Source: Epithemia pelagica (taxonomy: Eukaryota; Protista; Bacillariophyta). Taken from it: a stretch of DNA of 64,000 nt. Positions 12,739 through 23,947 of this stretch are shown one piece after another. The first letter of the stretch is position 1, and each line of letters starts with the position of its first letter. Under the pieces are notes generated by a model. The model was not told the DNA's origin. It ran no database searches and saw nothing but the letters and a program-made list of their open reading frames with translations. The stretch covers positions 2,232,001 to 2,296,000 of the forward strand of contig OX337239.1 of the NCBI GenBank assembly GCA_946965045.2, written 5' to 3'. The translations under genes were made by a program, and so were the position numbers.

Positions 12739-13034
12739 TCGGAAAGTACGAGGAACGGAGAGAGTGAATGGGTACGATCGGTTGTAGAAACGTAATCCCG
12801 CCTATATTCTAAAAAAACTTTAGTATGCTAATACTGTACGATTTTTCGTCGGCACGCCAAATTCTTACTAAGAATGCCTATGTCTGGGGGGATCTTACTC
12901 CAATTTGTGTTGCCTTCGGATGCATTTCTACAAGTCTAGGTCTTCAGCTTCTATGTTTGGCTAGGTGTTAGTGACAAAGTTGCTAAAATCCTTATGGCGT
13001 GGGGGGATGTTTCGTGGGTTGGTTCGTTGGGCGT

Positions 13035-13154
13035 GATTCTGACGTGGAACAGCGTGGTGAAAAAATGATTTTATTAATGGATTGATAAAACAGACGAGAT
13101 TCTGACGTGGAACAGCGTGGTGAAATGGTTTCTATTTAATGGATTGATAAAACA
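13035..13154. repeat. 63-bp-period direct repeat carrying TGACGTGGAACAGCGTGGTGA; an inverted homologue lies at 130-150
   Basis: Motif at 13040-13060 and 13103-13123. The reverse complement of 130-150 is TGACGTGGACCGACGTGGTGA. Confidence 0.85.
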
Positions 13155-14570
13155 ATGGATGACCGTTCTTCGATCATTGTTTTTCTTCGGGGCTGAATGG
13201 TTTTGAATAGGGGTTGGCCCGGCGTTTTCTGCCTAACGTGGGAAGCTTTTGGTGAAAAGTACTGAATTTCGACTCTTGAGCTAAAAAAATTTTATCTAGT
13301 CTTTGTTGTTTTCCCACCCCCAGACCCCCTTAGCCTGCCGGCTTACCCGACACGTTCATTCTGAACTCAGTCGAACAAAGACACATTACCTCGGTTTTGT
13401 TGGCCAAGTCGCGGTAAAATCGCACCTTCTGATGGCCATTTGACCGACAATTTTGCGATGACTAGAAATAGTCGACCTGGGTAGCTCCGTAGTAATTGGC
13501 AATGATCAGCGTCTTGAAAGTTATGTTGGCCGAATGGCCATCAGAATTTCTGGTTGGTTGGCTACGTACAGACCAGATGCGGCAATGGAATCATGGTAGT
13601 CAGGAGTAGCTACGACAGATCATACATAGTCTCTAGGAGAACCTACTTGAGTGTAGCAATTTGCAATAGAAGTGGATACGACCATGAATAATAGGGATCT
13701 CTCTTCGGATTAATACTACAGTGTGTACAACAAAAAAGAGGACAAACGATGAGGAGCAGAGCTTTTATCATGTATGGAGTTGGAGTCGAGGATGCAAGCG
13801 AAAAAGGGACATCCGGCAAGCCCAATGATACCTTTTCAGCACCACCCATGCACCAGTGCAAGAACAACCATCCATGGAGTTGGTGCAGGTGAGTATCCAA
13901 TAATGCAATGGTGCAGTCCAATTTGAAACTGTTCTACGGATAGCCCGACTATATGCTTCCAAGTTGGGTGTAAACTAGCCATGTTGATTGATCAAGATTT
14001 GTCCACTGCCAAGCAACGGAAATAGCAATACGTGAACAAGACTTATACTATAGCTATACATGACACTGGGAGTAGGCAGAGAAGGTTTACTCCTCTCATG
14101 CTTTCAGCTACCACAAACACTCTTGTTTCTCGTCTGGTTCAAGGATCTCCCGGAACTCAAAGAATTTCGATTGCCGCCACTGAATGGCAAAGTGGGTGGC
14201 AAAATTGATGAATACTATGCTTCTACCTAGTGTTATAGAGACTAAGAGAGTTGTTCATGCAAAAAACACATAAAGATCATCCCACGATTCCACCACTGGG
14301 TCACCAGAAGGTGAACAGTAGCCACTGTAGACATTTTGGTTCGAAAATACAGAACCCAGAGTGGTGTAAGGGCCGTGATCCACAGAAGACCTTCCAATGC
14401 ATCCACAACCTTTGCCATGTTGATTTTATAGCCAACATCGGTTAAGATACGCAAACCAAGCCCAAAAGCCAGAGGAGCTTTGCTTCACTCAAAAACTTGA
14501 AATCTCCTTTGTGACGACGGGTAGTTTTCACGCAACTAAGCCATAGTCTCCCTATTTCAGAAATCCTCAG

Positions 14571-17221
14571 GAACACGCGAAACTATGTCGGCTATGACCT
14601 CACGCGCCCTATGCTAGCAGACAAGGCAGCATTTTAGCTTAGTACTAGCTAAACAGCTCTAGTCCTTGTCGTTTTGGCGATTGTCTCTTGTTCAAAAGAC
14701 CGGGGCAATAAAAACGGTGCACCCGGTATTAAGCCTCATGACTAGAGCTGTGTCAAGCAACAGCTTTTTTCTGCTGGAGAACTCAAGCGCTTGAGCGCTT
14801 GAGCTAGGACCAAATTCAAGCGCTCAAGCGCTCAAGCGGCAGCTAACAGGGCTAACACGGGAAACTATGTCAATAGACTCATCGTAGCATCCCTAGTGAA
14901 ATGGTAACTTGTCATACTACTCCTACATGATAGGTGATGGAAAATCTATTTCGAAGTTACTCTCATTCCGTTGTCTTTGTGCGATCTCGTGGTGTAGCTT
15001 CTTCTTGCAAGAATAATGCCTTCTGATTGCGTGAGCTTAGTTCGTTGCTGGGCACAGACGAAGAGCTCGTAGTGGGAAGTTGTGGAGAGATTCTTGTCTA
15101 ATGATGAGTCGTTCCTCTTTTCAATTGTTAGAGTCTAGCTAGCGGCGGTTGTGTAGTAGGCTTGTCAGAGACTTCGTCCATTTTTTCTCACTCCAACATG
15201 GTACAAATGCCAATGAACATTTTTCCTGTCCAATAATGGGACGCAAACTCCATCAGCAGCATCTTGAGGTATCTTTGTAACACATATTTCCTTGCCTTTG
15301 TGAATGGCAATAGTAGGAGGCCTTACGTATTCTTTTTCCATGGATGACAATTTATTCTTCTCACTATCATCATTGTCATCTGTTGGGCCCTCTTCAGCCA
15401 TTTGCTCATAATTTTCATCATCTGGAAGGTATGATGACTCATTGTGATCATCACTGGATGTCTCAGGCATTGTAGAAAGGCTGTTTGGGGCAGACGAATG
15501 ATGGTTTGCTGCGTTTTGGCACTTTCCCCTAGTCTAGGTGCTTGAGCGCTTGAGCTCTCAAGCAACACCCTTTCTGTGCTGGAGCTCCTCAAGCGCTTGA
15601 GAAGTCAAGCGCTTGAGCGCTTGAGCGCTTGACGCTTGACCCAGCTCTACTCATGACACAAACAAGATGAAATTGTTGTCTTGTAATGTCCTACTTATCA
15701 CTCATTAGCTAAGCCCGACGAGTAATGTTGTGTACACTACATAACTTCTCAGTCTTGTGACTTGTGAGCCATCGGTAATCGGTAAATAAGCTCAACGGCA
15801 AGGACTACGTGTAGCTGCTCGCCACAATAGGCTATAATATTCTTGAGCAGGCCAATTCCCATTATTTGGTCTATTTAACAGTACATCCAGTACCTCTCTA
15901 GTACAACATTACTGCAGAAGTACGAGTCGTGCTTCTATTTTGTCACGGTGCTCCCACGGGATGGTTCTCGCAAACCTCACAAAATGAAGCGGACAAGACG
16001 ACAAGCGGACAAGATGAAGCGGACAAGACGACAAGCGGACAAGCGGACAAGAAGACAAAACGACAAGCCGACAAGACGACAAGCGGACAAAACGACAAGC
16101 GGACAAAACGACAAGCGGACAAAACGACAAGACGACAAGCGGACAAAACGACAAGCGGACAAAACGACAATCAAACCAAACGCAACAAGTACGGCGGTAT
16201 TCTCGTTCGCAATCTACCAAGTAGTTCAGCCCATGTCCATTATAAATGGACGTCAACGATCGCTTATTGGTAACACCGCACATACGTGCTGGAGGAGAGC
16301 TTCTCTATGGTTTGACGCATAACTGGTGCATGCTGGAAACCACACCAGCCAAGGGAACTCTGAAACTGTCCACGTCATGTCCCAAAGTTTGTGTTGTTAC
16401 CGGCAAACATACTCTGTTGGATACTGTCTCAGATGTTAGTCAACAAGCGTTTGAAAGGCAAGATGGAATGGAGACACTCATCTCCTGAGCAGAGAAGGAA
16501 ATCAAGGAAATCAAGGTTTGATTGTCGTTTGTCCGCTTGTCGTCTTGTCCGCTTGTCGTCTTGTCGTTTTGTCCGCTTGTCGTTTTGTCCGCTTGTCGTT
16601 TTGTCCGCTTGTCGTCTTGTCCGCTTGTCGTCTTGTCGGCTTGTCGTTTTGTCTTCTTGTCCGCTTGTCCGCTTGTCGTCTTGTCCGCTTCATCTTGTCC
16701 GCTTGTCGTCTTGTCCGCTTCATTTTGTGAGGTTTGCGAGAACCATCCCGTGGGAGCACCGTGACAAAATAGAAGCACGACTCGTACTTCTGCAGTAATG
16801 TTGTACTAGAGAGGTACTGGATGTACTGTTAAATAGACCAAATAATGGGAATTGGGCTGCTCAAGAATATTATAGCCTATTGTGGCGAGCAGCTACACGT
16901 AGTCCTTGCCGTTGAGCTTATTTACCGATTACCGATGGCTCACAAGTCACAAGACTGAGAAGTTATGTAGTGTACACAACATTACTCGTCGGGCTTAGCT
17001 AATGAGTGATAAGTAGGACATTACAAGACAACAATTTCATCTTGTGTGTGTCATGAGGCTTAATACCGGGTGCACCGTTTTTATTGCCCCGGTCTTTTGA
17101 ACAAGAGACAATCGCCAAAACGACAAGGACTAGAGCTGTTTAGCTAGTACTAAGCTAAAATGCTGCCTTGTCTGCTAGCATAGGGCGCGTGAGGTCATAG
17201 CCGACATAGTTTCGCGTGTTC
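14571..17221. mobile_element. Non-autonomous foldback element: ~700-bp inverted arms, inner 14-16-bp tandem arrays, 337-bp spacer, probable 3-bp TSD CAG
   Basis: 14571-14742 plus 15658-16177 is the reverse complement of 16515-17221. Ends read CAG|GAACACGCG...CGCGTGTTC|CAG. GCGGACAA(A/G)ACGACAA arrays lie at ~15987-16170 and ~16522-16724. Confidence 0.85.
14743..15649. mobile_element. hAT-type non-autonomous element (907 bp) inserted in the left foldback arm
   Basis: 16-bp TIR TAGAGCTG(T/G)GTCAAGC (15/16 match). 8-bp TSD CTCATGAC at 14735-14742 and 15650-15657. Subterminal TCAAGCGCTTGA arrays. The empty site with a single GTCATGAG is at 17050-17057 in the right arm. Confidence 0.92.
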
Positions 17222-17304
17222 CAGATGAGCAAGATTCCAAATTCCATGCCCTACATACTTGTCCGGTACATTTCCCTACATACGTATATCTACGTAGAAA
17301 TTCT

Positions 17305-17488
17305 ACATCCGCTCCGCGGAGTGGGGAGGCACGAGGAGGGGCTATTGACTCCGAGAAGGGCAATAGCTCCGAGAAGTGGACCGCCTTCTAAATCCGCGTC
17401 AGCGGATTTGGCGGTCCACGACGAGGAGCTATTGCCCGCCGAGGAGTCAATAGCCCCGACAAGTGCCCCCACGACCAGGAGTGGATGT
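17305..17488 (+). other. 184-nt strand-asymmetric hairpin with perfect stems and G...A-bounded internal loops
   Basis: Stems AAATCCGC/GCGGATTT (loop GTCA), GTGGACCGCC/GGCGGTCCAC, GGGCAATAGCTCC/GGAGCTATTGCCC, GGGCTATTGACTCC/GGAGTCAATAGCCC, GGCAC/GTGCC and ACATCC/GGATGT. Loops GAGAA/GACGA, GAGAA/GCCGA and GAGGA/CGACAA. Confidence 0.85.
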
Positions 17489-18726
17489 CGCTTGCTTCTA
17501 TAACCTCCGAGTCCCCCCCTAATTAACTGTCACACTTTTTTCCCAGGACTGTTTTTTTTGCTCCGCACTATCTTTTTTAGCTCCGCACTTGCTCGCGTAT
17601 GAGAGCGCGGCCGTCGTGGGCAATATAAGGCTATATAAGACGAAAATCCTACTTCCATTCCGAGGAGCTATAGTAGACTAGTACTGGATGGTCAGAGCGG
17701 CCATCAATTCTTCTACAAGACACATCATCTCTTCGTCCCATCGAGGAGAACAAATCAGCCACAATCATAGTCTCCATTGGTACAGATCAAAGCACAAGGA
17801 ATCGCCACCACCAAGAGACGAGGCAGTTTTTGTTTGTTCAGGGCTATAGGACACTATCATGGTGTTTAGATTAACGACTGCGGGTCTGTCGTATGATTTG
17901 TTGCAGGAAATGTGACGTTGGCAAAGGTGGTTTCCTGGATGGCCAACCTTGGTGTATTTTTGTTCTTGGTGGATGAACCAGTGTCTCAATTGTTATTTCC
18001 ACTCGTCCAGCTAGTTAGTTTTTGCCAAACAACAAAACATAACCAGTGGGACGACTTGGTTGTAGCAAAAGGATCCAGACTGTGCTGCTTCCATAAAAAC
18101 TAGCTACGTACGGCAGGGGGGACGGATGGAGTGCTCTGGATTCCTCTCGTCATTCTTTGCACACGTGTGTGTTGCTTCCTCTTCCAATCGACAAGATGTG
18201 CACCATTCTGAACAGTGAATCGTTCTAGGTAGGTAGGGATATAGTTTTGCGCAGTCCCACGTCTGGAACAAGAGTCTTTTTCGAAACTTTGAACCTCTTG
18301 TCCCGGCGTGCAACCACAAAGGGCCCCTCTCCAATGACTTCAGGACACTGTAATCCTCACACGGTTCCAACATCATTGTTTAGTATAGGATGCTGGTAGT
18401 TTTTGCAGTCGTCTCATCGGAACCAAGGTGTACCAATGGGAGGATGGATGGAACATCAAGGAACCGGTGTCTTTGTTCCACTCTTTTATCTTATTTGTAG
18501 CCTCGTGTGTTTTGGTGGATTCCCATTCGCACATTGCACAGTTGCATCACGAAACACTTCATTGGGGATCCCATCGCAGGGCTTGGGACCTCGTTTGGTG
18601 GCAATTCGTCTGGCTGCAAGAAGCTCCTGTCCTACCGCATGCCTTCCACGGTGTGTGAGCCGGATTCGAAAGGAACGTGTGGATGGGTTGATCCAACCGT
18701 TGGTTGTTTGGATGTGTGGTTCCTAG

Positions 18727-20136
18727 CTAGGTTCTTGGTTTGGTCGTTTTGGGTTTGGTGGTGGTTGCTCGTTTCCGTTTTTTGGTAACGGATCGTCCCG
18801 AGTTGTTTCCAGCTTGGCGTTTGTGGGGTCGTTTCGAGTTGGAGGTGGTACTTGTCTTGCTGTCCTTGGTACTAGCAGTAGTAGTTGCAGACGGTTTGCG
18901 GGTCGTCGTTTTGGGCCCTGTGGTTCTTTTCTTGGTGGCTTTCTTGGGATTCTTGGTGCGACGTTGATGTTCCTCACTCTCATCTGGATTGGATGCTTCC
19001 GTTTCGTCATCATCATCATCCTCGGAATGTGAAACACTGTCGTCCTGGTGGTCTTCATCGTCGTCGCCGTCATCTTTCTTCTTCTTCTTTTTCGGTATGT
19101 TCTTGTTGTGCTGGTGTGGCGTTGGCCCTGGTCCTTTTCCCCACAAGGACGACGACGACGACGCATGAGTTTCACCTTCCATACCTTGCAAAGCGGACCC
19201 CGCTGGATTCAGACGGGCAAATTCCGTCATGTGAGATTCCACTTGAACCACAGCGGCCTGGTGGGGTGTTTTGTGGTTGGATCCCACCAACACCCATGCC
19301 GACGGTCCTGGTACTAAATGCCCCTTGTACAATTGACCCTTGAGATCCAACAGGACTATAACATGACAATATAAAGAATAAGAAGCAGAGTCGTCCATCC
19401 AAAATGTACCCAGTCGAGTCCAAACGATTATAACATGAACGAGTGAGTGTGGTGAGAAATAACCAGAAAGTTGTCTTTTTTCTACACACTGGTGCATGCG
19501 CCACACACCATACGTACGTTTGGGAGTTTTGTTGCTATTGGGTGGTTGCTGTAAGACTTCTAATCGTCCAATGGCACCAGTACTTCCTTCAAAGTCCAAC
19601 AAGGCATCGGTATCCGCCGCATCCAAAGTCTGTGAGTTGCTCGAGGTTTTTTTGGTAGATGACTTTTTCTTCTTGTTCTTCTTGTTGCTATTGGACGAGT
19701 CATTTCCTCCTTCTCGAGAGGATGTAGGAGGATCGAGTTGGAGCAAGACGGTCCGTTCACTCATGGCCGAAGCATGGCACGAATTGTGCATCCACAAGGA
19801 CGACGAGGCCCAAATCAATTCCAGACTATTCGTAGTAGTCGTCGTCGTCGTCTTGCAATCGTCGTCCTGTGGATGGGGCTTGTCGGTACTAGCAGTCGTC
19901 GAGGCAGTACTCGTGGTCCTCTGGCGAGCCGTTCCTCCTGGAGTTGTGGTGGTGGTGGCGGCGTCCATGGCCGAGTCATCCATCCACGGTTCCTCCTCCT
20001 TGTCTTGGGTTGCATCCAATTCCTCCTCAGCGTCTGGCACCTCTTGCTTGTCCTTTTCGTCGTTTGTCAAATCCTCCTCCTCCCCTCTGGTCTTGTTGGT
20101 TGATCTTGTCGCAAGGGTTGTTGTTGGGTTCGGCAT
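18727..20136 (-). CDS. BIN4: BIN4-like DNA-binding protein (topoisomerase VI accessory subunit); in-frame intron 19356-19517
   Basis: LLDFEGSTGAIGRLEV and LLDLKGQLYKGHLVPGPSAWVLV...VQVESHMTEFARL resemble plant BIN4 DLSGDMGAVGR...LDLKGTIYK.TI.P..T..V...AKIEAIMNDFIQL. A GTACGT...TTATAG intron of 162 nt is removable in frame. Basic/acidic tail. Confidence 0.72.
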   Translation of the reverse strand: MPNPTTTLATRSTNKTRGEEEDLTNDEKDKQEVPDAEEELDATQDKEEEPWMDDSAMDAATTTTTPGGTARQRTTSTASTTASTDKPHPQDDDCKTTTTTTTNSLELIWASSSLWMHNSCHASAMSERTVLLQLDPPTSSREGGNDSSNSNKKNKKKKSSTKKTSSNSQTLDAADTDALLDFEGSTGAIGRLEVLQQPPNSNKTPKRTYGVWRMHQCVEKRQLSGYFSPHSLVHVIIVWTRLGTFWMDDSASYSLYCHVIVLLDLKGQLYKGHLVPGPSAWVLVGSNHKTPHQAAVVQVESHMTEFARLNPAGSALQGMEGETHASSSSSLWGKGPGPTPHQHNKNIPKKKKKKDDGDDDEDHQDDSVSHSEDDDDDETEASNPDESEEHQRRTKNPKKATKKRTTGPKTTTRKPSATTTASTKDSKTSTTSNSKRPHKRQAGNNSGRSVTKKRKRATTTKPKTTKPRT

Positions 20137-21092
20137 GATGAGGAACGAGAGAGTCAAAAAGTGCACTGTCTGTAGTCTACCGATGATGATGATGATATCT
20201 CTTTTCCTTCCTAGAACCGAGTGCGACAAAGGTTGGATCTTGTTGAGAGTTGGGTATACAAGAGAGAGAGAGGCGAGACGAGACGAAAGACACAATCACC
20301 ACCGCTTCTTTGGACACCATGGTCGTCTCCCAACACAACAAAAATGACAGACCATCCCTCCCCGACTCCAAAAAAGTCGCTTTCGGGTCGCGAATCATCA
20401 GGGGCGCGGCTCGCAAAACGATCTTTCGCGCGCGTGCAGTACCACATTGATCGGAGGACGGACAAACGACCAACCGCGCGCAGACTTTTCCCGTTTTCGC
20501 CCGTTGGTGCGGTGCGACGAACGGGACGCGACGACCATGCGGCTGGTGCGCACTGCGCACAACCAAAATCGCGCACAGATCAACAAGAAGAGGAAAGATC
20601 AAGTGCAAGAAGAGAAAGAACAAGGTACGACAGAGCGTCTTTTTCTTGGTGATGGATTTGTGTGTGTGTGTGTAGTTGGCAGACCGCGGTGTGGTTGAGG
20701 AGGATGGATGCTTGTCCCGAAGAAATGCTCGTTTTGTCCCTTTTTCAAAAGGAGGATGGTATCTCCCTTCTGTTGGCAGAGTTTGGAAGATGCAATCTAG
20801 TATTCTAGTTTGGTGAGGATGATGAAGATTCTGTAATGTGGAGTGTGGAGAGTCCACAAGTGGATTCGTGGTCGGGGTTGGTTGGGAGTGGGCTGCTTGT
20901 GATTGTGCGAGGATGCACGTACCTGAGTTCTGAGTTGGATACATAATATGGTTGCTCCTTCTTTTGGATGATTATTACTCACAACACACCTTTTCCCTCC
21001 TCCTTCATTTTAGTTGCAACCTTGTGTGGTGGAATATCCTCCATTGTTTGTCGCTTTCGGTTCCCTGTTTTGATAACCTGTACTTTTGATTC

Positions 21093-22739
21093 ATGTCCTC
21101 CACAGACACGTTGATCCTTCCGTCTCCTCCTCCTCCACCGTCTTCGGAGGGATTGGCTGTCTTGCCACCCTCCGAAGAAGAAGAGCTCGTCCATGATGCC
21201 GTGCAAGAGGAGTCATCCACCATGGATCCTCTCCCACCTTCTGCCGATGTGGTGGCTGCAGCTTCCACCATGCTCCTAGCACCGTCCACCACCCACCACG
21301 CCTTATCCGAAGGTGATCCTCTGTCCACAGCAACGACGACAACAACAACAACAACCGCTCACACCAACACAACTACGGCTCCCTTGATTTCCTCTTCTTC
21401 CCTGGGTGGTGTTCTGACGACAAACGAACCAGAAACTTGGCCGACCACCAGCACCACCACGCCCTTGTTGTCGGTACCACCCCCACAACCATCCGCTCCC
21501 ACCGGCAACAACAACTCGCTGTCGGATTTTTTGCACGATGCCCAACACGTTTTGGGTCGTGCCAATGGCAACTTGCATCGTCGCATTCCACCGGTCCCCG
21601 GTGTACACGATGGACAAGTCATGGTCCGGTTGAAGAAAAAGCGGTTTGTCGTTTTGGATTATACAATGGGCAAAACGCAGTGCACGGTACCCTCCTGTAC
21701 CAAGGTCGGTGTCCCCCAGTGCTTGTACGACAGTCATGCCGTAACGGGGGAACCCACCTCCCTCTATCAACGATCCGGCTTGTGCTTTGACTGTCAACGC
21801 AATTTGAATGAAAAACGACGAGCCGATCGACGCAAATCCGGTACGGCCAAAGCGAGTGCGACGACGACAACGAATCGTCGACCGACCCAGGACATGGACG
21901 AAACGCAGCAAGGACGGTCCTGGAATCCGGCCGCAACCACGACGACGACGATTCGTCACTTGCAACAGTCACGAACGTTGCCACCTTCGGCCAAACGTCC
22001 CAAATGGAATCACTCGCAGGGAACCTCATCCACGACGACACTCATGCCTTCTTCGGGTACGACGGTGCAACAAGTCGGCGACGATGTCTTGTTTTGGACC
22101 CGTCAAGGATTGGATCACGTGACACAATTGATTCAATCGTCGGGAGGTAGTACGACGCAAGATTCGACCGTGGTCCCCGAGGGAACCACCAACACGTCAT
22201 TGTCATCCTCGTTGGGAGACGGTGGTCCTTTGACAAGCCTTCCTCCCTCCGACGACACAATTGTGTCGTCGTTGTACGAACAAGCATCACGATCGTTGAA
22301 TCAAGCCTTGTTGGTGCTGGATCAATGGAAAACAGTGTGGGATGCAAGTGCAACCTCCAGAATTCCATCGGATCATCACAGTGACATGTTGCAAGGGGCA
22401 ACAGCCTTGTTGGAAACCGCCGCTGGAATTCGCAGTCCGGATGGTTTGTCCTTGCTGTATCATCCCACGAATAACACCACCAATCCGACGACGACGACAT
22501 CCAATCATGCGGGGAATTTTCCCAGCATGGCCTCCTTGCTCTTGGCCGCCACTCAAGATAAGGAACATCATGACAATGACGAAGCTCGTTCCGCAATGGG
22601 AGGAGAACCACTGATAGAACAACATGAAGATGGCGGTGTTATGGGTTGGTCGGCAACCACCAACTCCTCCGAGGAGCACGCTTCGCATCCCATGACCTCT
22701 CGCTCCAGTCCATCGATTCACACCAGTGTCGAAGTCTAG
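21093..22739 (+). CDS. Hypothetical protein with a central Cys-rich (putative Zn-binding) and basic motif; possible transcription factor
   Basis: KKRFVVLDYTMGKTQCTVPSCTKVGVPQCLYD...YQRSGLCFDCQRNLNEKRRADRRK inside a low-complexity 548-aa ORF. Confidence 0.7.
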   Translation: MSSTDTLILPSPPPPPSSEGLAVLPPSEEEELVHDAVQEESSTMDPLPPSADVVAAASTMLLAPSTTHHALSEGDPLSTATTTTTTTTAHTNTTTAPLISSSSLGGVLTTNEPETWPTTSTTTPLLSVPPPQPSAPTGNNNSLSDFLHDAQHVLGRANGNLHRRIPPVPGVHDGQVMVRLKKKRFVVLDYTMGKTQCTVPSCTKVGVPQCLYDSHAVTGEPTSLYQRSGLCFDCQRNLNEKRRADRRKSGTAKASATTTTNRRPTQDMDETQQGRSWNPAATTTTTIRHLQQSRTLPPSAKRPKWNHSQGTSSTTTLMPSSGTTVQQVGDDVLFWTRQGLDHVTQLIQSSGGSTTQDSTVVPEGTTNTSLSSSLGDGGPLTSLPPSDDTIVSSLYEQASRSLNQALLVLDQWKTVWDASATSRIPSDHHSDMLQGATALLETAAGIRSPDGLSLLYHPTNNTTNPTTTTSNHAGNFPSMASLLLAATQDKEHHDNDEARSAMGGEPLIEQHEDGGVMGWSATTNSSEEHASHPMTSRSSPSIHTSVEV

Positions 22740-23159
22740 CACAAATACACACCGGGATTGCTCTGTGAAACACAGAAGCTGTGAAAATGGATGGGAACCG
22801 AGGATCCACTACTGATTGTGGCCTTCATTTTGACTTTTGCTACAAATGGTAATAATGGGACATTGCTCGTACCTACTAGTGTTAGCTTAGAAGAAAGTTG
22901 TTGGAAGTTATTGGCTGAGGGATTGCGTTGTTTCATTCCGAGAGGAATCCCACAGAATATTCGGTTTCGTAGGAGCAAGCAAAAGGCAATAATCATGTAC
23001 GTCTGTGGCTGCTTGTCCTTAAGGGGGCGGATGGTTCATCGATGGTAGTATTAATGGTGCCTTAACATGCCTTGATGTTGAATGAATGTGTTGTCATGAA
23101 GAAACGGCAAAACAATAAAGTGTGCTGTCGGTAGTCCTGAAGCTTGTCGGTGACCGTAG

Positions 23160-23510
23160 TTACAAATTCATTTCGGCCGTTTCGGAAAAGAAGCCCACCC
23201 ACACCAAGTACAACATGGGAATGGAAATCACCAGAGAAAAAAGGGTCATACCCCACAATTCTCCTTGCATGATATCTTCACTTCGCTTGTTAAACAGCTC
23301 CATTTCCTCACGAGTCATGTCGCGTGTTTCAATAAAACTCAAATCTTCTTCATCTTCCTTGTTTTTGTTGAACAAAAACAATGTATTGGTGGTCGTAGTA
23401 GGAGTCCTTGTGGATTGCACACTTGTAGGATGCACCACCACAAAGGCCGACGATAACATGATTGTCACGGCTAGAACAAGAGCAGCGAAAGCGACAGTAA
23501 AACGGGACAT
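23160..23510 (-). CDS. Small plastid-targeted membrane protein (bipartite presequence, C-terminal TM helix)
   Basis: MSRFTVAFAALVLAVTIMLSSA|FVV is a signal peptide plus an ASAFAP-like cleavage site. It is followed by a Thr/Ser-rich transit peptide and hydrophobic LWGMTLFSLVISIPMLYLVWVGFF. Confidence 0.78.
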   Translation of the reverse strand: MSRFTVAFAALVLAVTIMLSSAFVVVHPTSVQSTRTPTTTTNTLFLFNKNKEDEEDLSFIETRDMTREEMELFNKRSEDIMQGELWGMTLFSLVISIPMLYLVWVGFFSETAEMNL

Positions 23511-23947
23511 GATGGCACAGAGAAAGTTGGAGAAGGACTTGCTGATTGTGTTACACAATGGTTCAGAAGAAAGGTCGAACTCCCTTGTCAAGATTGAGTT
23601 GTATCGCAACAAGCGGTGTGATCTTGTTCTGACGCGGTGGAGACATGGTCGGAGTCAGCATGTCACTCTTGTCACCACGAGCACGACATGCGGCATGGAT
23701 ATTTTCCGCGACTGTAAATGATGCTACCTGCTTCAGTCTGAGAGCTAGATCTAGCGAATCTGAACAGTGTAATGAAGCGACACCACGAAGAGTCCTCTAT
23801 AGACGCTCACCATTCACATGATTACAATACAATAGGAGTACTATGGTATCTTTTATTTTTCTAGGCTGTCCAGAACTGCGATTTTGTGGATTCCTGGAGG
23901 GGGACTGTGGAGGTCAATCAAGGTTTTAGCTATAATCCCTTTTCGCT

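Noticed and set aside
13427-13546. Perfect 14-bp inverted repeat TTCTGATGGCCATT
   Set aside because: No TSD and no extension; cannot be called a MITE or Helitron end from this alone.
13640-14470. Possible decayed Ty3/gypsy RT/RNase H (DVGYKINMAK, EFREIL)
   Set aside because: Only short, out-of-order motif resemblances; needs tBLASTx.
15909-16798. Many RQADK/CPLVVLS-repeat ORFs; superficial CRISPR-like periodicity
   Set aside because: Translations of the 14-16-bp arrays in the foldback arms. There are no unique spacers, and the context is eukaryotic with no cas genes.
17128-17139. GACTAGAGCTGT in the foldback arms, identical to the hAT left junction
   Set aside because: A 12-bp match without a partner TIR or TSD; may be chance.
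17560-18720. Several short ORFs and T-rich GCTCCGCACT repeats
   Set aside because: No recognisable motifs or termini; left unannotated.
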